Part shown: positions 59,445 through 64,000 of the stretch, one piece after another
How the letters are laid out: every line of letters begins with the position of its first letter
Position numbering within the stretch: position 1 is the stretch's first letter
Assembly: GCA_041744395.1 (NCBI GenBank)
Contig: JBGTKY010000018.1
Span: 22,389-86,388, forward strand
Direction of reading: 5' to 3'
Length of the DNA: 64,000 nucleotides
Source of the DNA: Pyrinomonadaceae bacterium
Lineage (GTDB): Bacteria; Acidobacteriota; Blastocatellia; Pyrinomonadales; Pyrinomonadaceae
Position numbers and translations under genes: made by a program
The notes under the pieces: model-generated
The model's input: only the letters and a program-made list of their open reading frames with translations
What the model was told of the DNA's origin: nothing
Databases searched by the model: none

Positions 59445-60257
59445 TTATTCTAGAGTTGAATCTAATGCAAGAAGAATGGAATTTGAAAAAAAATGCACCG
59501 ACGGATCAGAATGTGGATCCGGCGGGTTACGCTGGAAACCAAGGCTCTCGATGATCGGGACAATTTCGTTCGAATGGCGCCCGTGTCGTTCGTGGATCTC
59601 CATGATTACATACCGGCATTGGGTGAGCTTCTGATGCGATGGGTTTAGGAAGACATCATATTCCGCCTCTTCAACATCGATCTTGCATATATCGATAACT
59701 TCGTCTTTGAAATAATTGTTGCAGAAATGATCCAACGTTAATCCTTGTATTTTAAAGGTCTTTAAGTTTGATGACTTGCTCTTCGAATAGATATTGTCCG
59801 ATACACTGCCACTTCCAAGTGATAGTTCAAGAACGGTGCTTTCGCCGCACAATGCGGCGTTTAGCGGAATGACTTCGCAATTGAGGTTTCTGGTTAAGTT
59901 GAAATGCAGTCGCGTATAGGTTCTCGGATTAAACTCAACGCTGACAACTTTTTTCATTGCGACGCCGCAACTCGCGAGCAATAGCGGAAAGCCGCCGTTA
60001 TTCGCTCCGAGATCCAAGACATTCGCGGGGCCGGGCAAATTCATTTTCGGTAAATATCGGCGATACATTTGAGAGGTTAGTACGTCACGGGCTCCGTTGG
60101 CGTCGCCGCCTTCATGATCAGTCAATATCTCGAGACTTTTATAGCGATAGACCTGAAGGTTCTCACGTCGAAAAAATATCCTCGATATTGCAAGCCATAT
60201 ACGGTTATCAAATGCCCAAACTTCGCGCAAACCTCTAATTTTATTCTGCAAACTCAT
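59445..60257 (-). CDS. FkbM-family methyltransferase
   Basis: VLDLGANNGGFPLLLA SAM motif I. CKIDVEEAEYDVF block typical of FkbM. Confidence 0.8.
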   Translation of the reverse strand: MSLQNKIRGLREVWAFDNRIWLAISRIFFRRENLQVYRYKSLEILTDHEGGDANGARDVLTSQMYRRYLPKMNLPGPANVLDLGANNGGFPLLLASCGVAMKKVVSVEFNPRTYTRLHFNLTRNLNCEVIPLNAALCGESTVLELSLGSGSVSDNIYSKSKSSNLKTFKIQGLTLDHFCNNYFKDEVIDICKIDVEEAEYDVFLNPSHQKLTQCRYVIMEIHERHGRHSNEIVPIIESLGFQRNPPDPHSDPSVHFFSNSILLALDSTLE

Positions 60258-60267
60258 TCGAATATCG

Positions 60268-61404
60268 CTACACTGAAATGACTTCTAATTCACTAGTTTC
60301 AGTACTGTTAATTTTATAGGCAAAGACCTTCAAACTTTTCCAAGCCGAATCGACCGAGATGCCGTTCATGCAGGGATTATCAGTCAGCGGACATTCTGGC
60401 AACCGACAACCAGCGCATTCGACGGAGTGGAAAACGACCATGTGCGAACTTCCGAGCGGATACCACTGCCCTGGATTGTTGCGTTCACCGTACAGGGCAA
60501 AACACGGTGTGCCAACGGCCGCTGCAAGATGGGTAGTTCCGGTATCAAGGCCAATGTAAAATTCGCATATCGAAAGCAAAGCACCAGACTCTGGGACAGT
60601 AAATTTCCCGGCAGCATTTATCCCTGTCTTCCAAGCGGCGATCATTTCTTGTCCGAGATCGAATTCTGCTTTTCCGCCAACAACTACGATCTCGCAATTC
60701 TCTTCGGAAATTAATCTCCGTCCAATTTCAATGAATCTGATCAACGGCCAGTCATTAGCATGGGTTTTACAGCCCGGTGCAATTGCGACTAAACGCGCCT
60801 TCGGTTTTGCCCTTTCGCCGGCGAGCCAAGCTAATATTGGTTCAAGAAACTCATGTGAAAACGTGAGTAGCGGCTGCCGAAGGTCTTTTTCCGGCACGCC
60901 CTCAATGCCGTCGAGTTCTAGCCGATTCAATTTGCGATCGGCTTCGTGTTCGGTCAGCGATGGATGTCCGTACGCATCTGACGGATACAATTCATCTTTC
61001 GAAAATGCATGGAATCCGAAAAGATTGCGGATTCCAGAAAAACGAAAGAATAACTTATCTCGTCGGACAGAACGTGACGGGCGTTCGCTTATGACTAAAT
61101 ATACGACTCCGTCAAACTTTTCTTTCCGGATTCTCCACCAGAGGTTTAAAAAGCCTTGTATCTTTCCGGAACTCCTCGTTTCGCTCGAGTAATCCAGGTG
61201 TCGGTCAATAAGTTCAGACGGTATTACCTCAGAGGCTTTAACTACATTCCCTGTTTGAACATTTTGCAAAAGTACGATCTCGGCGCCCCGGAAATGCCTT
61301 CGGATGGCTCGCAAGGCCGGAATTGCAACGATCGTGTCACCCAAAGAACCGAAAAGATAGACAAGGATCTTTTGTTGCTGTAGTTTCTCTAATCGAGATC
61401 GCAT
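60268..61404 (-). CDS. glycosyltransferase family 9 (heptosyltransferase-like)
   Basis: ILVYLFGSLGDTIVAIPALRAIRRHF, and GLDTGTTHLAAAVGTPCFALYG. Confidence 0.85.
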   Translation of the reverse strand: MRSRLEKLQQQKILVYLFGSLGDTIVAIPALRAIRRHFRGAEIVLLQNVQTGNVVKASEVIPSELIDRHLDYSSETRSSGKIQGFLNLWWRIRKEKFDGVVYLVISERPSRSVRRDKLFFRFSGIRNLFGFHAFSKDELYPSDAYGHPSLTEHEADRKLNRLELDGIEGVPEKDLRQPLLTFSHEFLEPILAWLAGERAKPKARLVAIAPGCKTHANDWPLIRFIEIGRRLISEENCEIVVVGGKAEFDLGQEMIAAWKTGINAAGKFTVPESGALLSICEFYIGLDTGTTHLAAAVGTPCFALYGERNNPGQWYPLGSSHMVVFHSVECAGCRLPECPLTDNPCMNGISVDSAWKSLKVFAYKINSTETSELEVISV

Positions 61405-61416
61405 TACTGTCAGATA

Positions 61417-62373
61417 TTACTGAATCGCGGCTCTTAGCATTGTATCAGAAATCGGCGTTGTGCCGACATTCATGACTACTAGACCAGCGGCTAAATTCGC
61501 AATCTCAGCTGCCTCAAAGAAATCCATTCCGCTTGCTAAAGCAAGCGACATTGTCGCGATCACCGTATCGCCGGCACCGGTCACGTCAAAAACTTTACGT
61601 GCCGTGGCCGATATATGCTTATGCTCCCGTCCTTTTTGTAAAAGCATCATTCCTTCGGCGCCGAGGGTGATCAAAAGGGCATCGAGTTTCAGGTCTCTTA
61701 TTAGAATTGCGCCGGCCTGGTCTGCTAGATCGGGCGCTGCTGGATCGATCGCAGTCGCCTCGGCGGCTTCATGCTTGTTTGGCGTCAAGAGTGTTGCTCC
61801 GGTGTATTTAGAATAGTCCTTTCCCTTAGGGTCAACGAGGACTGGCTTACCTTTGCTCTTAGCATGAGCTATCAAGGATTCGGTGAGTTCCAAAGTAAGA
61901 AAGCCTTTCGCGTAATCGGAGATTACTAAAACGTCGATCGATCCAAGTAAAGGAATGATCTGGTCAAGGAGAGACGCTACCTCAGCCGGATCGATTTCGG
62001 ACGTAGTCTCCTGATCTAGGCGAACCAATTGCTGGTTATGTGCAGCTATCCGTGTTTTTACCGTCGTTTCGCGGGTATCGAGAGCAACGACGTGGCAAGC
62101 GATGAGCGGATTCTCTTCTATTATTCCCTTAAGTATTTTGGCTTCGGTGTCTTTGCCGGTGATTCCGACGAGGATGGCGGACGCACCTAGACCGGCAATG
62201 TTAGCGGCGACGTTTGCGGCTCCACCGGCGGCGACACTGGTGCGGGCGAGTTTGACGACAGGGACCGGTGCTTCGGGCGAGATGCGTGTGACATTGCCCC
62301 ACCAGTAACGGTCGAGCATCACGTCGCCGATGACGGCGATCTTTAGGTTAGCGAACGTATCTGGCAGTCGCAT
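61417..62373 (-). CDS. D-glycero-beta-D-manno-heptose-7-phosphate kinase (RfaE domain I type, stand-alone)
   Basis: KIAVIGDVMLDRYWWGNVTRISPEAPVPVV. PfkB signature DVTGAGDTVIATMSLALASG. Confidence 0.85.
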   Translation of the reverse strand: MRLPDTFANLKIAVIGDVMLDRYWWGNVTRISPEAPVPVVKLARTSVAAGGAANVAANIAGLGASAILVGITGKDTEAKILKGIIEENPLIACHVVALDTRETTVKTRIAAHNQQLVRLDQETTSEIDPAEVASLLDQIIPLLGSIDVLVISDYAKGFLTLELTESLIAHAKSKGKPVLVDPKGKDYSKYTGATLLTPNKHEAAEATAIDPAAPDLADQAGAILIRDLKLDALLITLGAEGMMLLQKGREHKHISATARKVFDVTGAGDTVIATMSLALASGMDFFEAAEIANLAAGLVVMNVGTTPISDTMLRAAIQ

Positions 62374-62549
62374 TATTTTTCGGTTCGCACCAATGCCGAT
62401 CGGCGCGAGTCGCTTCTTTTTCGCCTATCTTGCTACTTGCTTTAGCGAGTGGTGCAATAAAGTTGACTCTTGGCTTTAACCGAAACGTTGGGTTTGCATA
62501 ATGCCGTCTGCGATGCTATTTCGGTCGACTTGCTGACGCTAGTGGCAAC

Positions 62550-63590
62550 TTATGGTACGGATTCCATTCCACTCTCGGCAACCCAGACATCTAGCAACTC
62601 GCACCAGATATGCGCGACGGTGATGTGGGCTTCCTGTATTCGAGCGGTGCGTTTCGAAGGCACCATCAGGCACGCGTCGGAAAGCGAAGCCAGCTTCTTT
62701 CCGCCTTCGCCGGTCATGCCGATCACACGACATCCGGCCTTGCGTGCTTCCATTGCGGCGGCAATTACATTCGGAGAGTTTCCGCTTGTGCTTATCGCGA
62801 TCAAACAGTCGCCAACATTTGCCAAAGCTTCGACCTGCCGAGCGAAGATCCGATCGAATGAGTAGTCATTCGCCAGTGCTGTAAGTGCTGATGTATCAGT
62901 CGTCAAAGCGATGGCAGGTAAAGCTTTACGTTCAGTTTCATAACGACCGACAAACTCGGCCGCGATATGTTGGGCATCAGCCGCGCTTCCGCCGTTTCCG
63001 CAAATTAGAATTTTCTTTCCCGACGAAACTGTATCAATAATGATCTCTGCGCATTGTTGAATCGAATCGCATGATTCGGACCAGAGTCGCTCAATGACCG
63101 AAATGTGCTGCTTCAATGAGTCCTCGGCGGAGCCATTCAATATTTTTGGGGCCTCTGAACGCTCACTGACCATCTTTTCGATGATCGACGAACTCGAATG
63201 GCCTTCGATCAACGGAAGCGAGTGGACTTCCCCGCCGTTAGCGAGCACAAAGTCAGATCCAATTATCTCATCGGTCTTCCAGTCACCACCCTTGACCAGC
63301 ACGTCGGGCCTTATCTTACGTATTAATGTTTCTGGAGTAAGCTCCTCAAAAATAATCACTTCATCAACTGATCTCAATGCAAGCAGAACCCTACGACGAT
63401 CTTCCTGGCCGACCAATGGGCGTTTCGCACCTTTGATCTTTCGAACAGAATCATCACTGTTTATGCCAACGACCAGACGCGTTCCCAGCGAACTGGCACG
63501 GGCCAGTAGATCGACGTGGCCGGCATGAATAATATCAAAACATCCGTTTGTAAAAACCAATTCAGCCATACAGTTTTTCCCTACTATCAC
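62550..63590 (-). CDS. fusion protein: heptose-1-phosphate adenylyltransferase (RfaE domain II type) + phosphoheptose isomerase (GmhA, SIS domain)
   Basis: N-half: LVFTNGCFDIIHAGHVDLLARASSLG...VLVKGGDW (cytidylyltransferase fold, HxGH). C-half: ILICGNGGSAADAQHIAAEFVGRY...AISTSGNSPNVI...EAHITVAHIWCELLD (GmhA). Alternative start at 63569. Confidence 0.8.
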   Translation of the reverse strand: MIVGKNCMAELVFTNGCFDIIHAGHVDLLARASSLGTRLVVGINSDDSVRKIKGAKRPLVGQEDRRRVLLALRSVDEVIIFEELTPETLIRKIRPDVLVKGGDWKTDEIIGSDFVLANGGEVHSLPLIEGHSSSSIIEKMVSERSEAPKILNGSAEDSLKQHISVIERLWSESCDSIQQCAEIIIDTVSSGKKILICGNGGSAADAQHIAAEFVGRYETERKALPAIALTTDTSALTALANDYSFDRIFARQVEALANVGDCLIAISTSGNSPNVIAAAMEARKAGCRVIGMTGEGGKKLASLSDACLMVPSKRTARIQEAHITVAHIWCELLDVWVAESGMESVP

Positions 63591-63625
63591 GCCAAATTAA
63601 TGAAGCCGACTCGCTTCGACAAAAA

Positions 63626-64000
63626 TTAACCTTTTCTCGCGATCATTAGCCGTTGCGATCGAATATCGTCAGCAAACTCGGGAACCATATCAGCCAGTCT
63701 CTCGAACTTAATTTCGTCAAACCCATTCTTCGTCACGATATCAGAATGTTGCTGTTCTGTTCGGCCGAAACAGTGTAGCCCATAATCGTATTTGATCTTA
63801 TCCTTTAGCGAAGTGCCGGCCTTCCATTCCGCCTCAGTCGACCATATCTCGTCCGTCAACTGAATATGCAGTATTAATCTGCCTTGTGGTTTAAGTTTCT
63901 TTCGACAAGCCTGCAAAACACCGGCAAACGTCTCATCTGTCAAATGCTGGATGACGGCAAAACTGTAGACTGCGTCGATCTGTCCATCCGGTATTAAGTC
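63626..64000 (-). CDS. class I SAM-dependent methyltransferase, C-terminal part (open at the right window edge)
   Basis: The frame continues upstream of the track ORF to the window end: DLIPDGQIDAVYSFAVIQHLTDETFAGVLQACRKKLKPQGRLILH (post-motif I/II region). Confidence 0.7.
   Translation of the reverse strand, partial: DLIPDGQIDAVYSFAVIQHLTDETFAGVLQACRKKLKPQGRLILHIQLTDEIWSTEAEWKAGTSLKDKIKYDYGLHCFGRTEQQHSDIVTKNGFDEIKFERLADMVPEFADDIRSQRLMIARKG

Overview
64-kb chromosomal segment of a diderm bacterium, shown by an Lpt permease, heptose/LPS-type sugar genes and type IV pilin-like genes. The gene style resembles Acidobacteriota, but I cannot establish taxonomy from this window. Coding density is high and most genes are on the minus strand. 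Left to right:
- alr fragment, an acyl-CoA carboxyltransferase and a TrmH-family methyltransferase.
- A minus-strand cell-wall/Ser-Thr signalling operon (FhaA-like, PBP2-like, SEDS, PP2C).
- A plus-strand minor-pilin operon (FimT/GspH-, PilV-, PilW-like, plus a 971-aa PilX-N protein).
- A Hanks kinase with a second FhaA-like protein.
- Small housekeeping and stress genes: DUF402, Usp, MarR, fsa, FAH, hslVU, recO.
- A fused LptF-LptG permease.
- An AT-richer islet with a DUF433/DUF5615 toxin-antitoxin-like pair.
- ahcY-metK, parAB, miaB, dnaE-accA.
- An island of four unrelated secreted or lipoprotein genes.
- ssb, tsaB-rimI.
- A long AT-richer polysaccharide locus: WecA-like initiator, GT4s, FnlA/B/C-like L-FucNAc-type genes, FkbM methyltransferase, GT9, and heptose kinase, adenylyltransferase and isomerase.

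I found no rRNA, tRNA, CRISPR array, transposase or integrase.

Two things stand out.
1. Three co-oriented copies of a ~150-nt conserved noncoding element lie between the secreted-protein genes at 43.1-45.7 kb. Two of its hairpins show compensatory substitutions, G-U intermediates and GNRA loops, which only make sense if it is a plus-strand RNA antisense to its neighbours.
2. An HprK-like kinase, a PqqD-like protein and an NTP_transf_5 gene form a triad at 50.1-52.4 kb. The PqqD-like (RiPP-recognition-type) protein is fused to a twin-arginine-like hydrophobic segment and a 31-aa tail with six cysteines. No radical-SAM, cyclase or protease partner is visible.

All calls come from reading the translations and sequence by eye. 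No database search was run.
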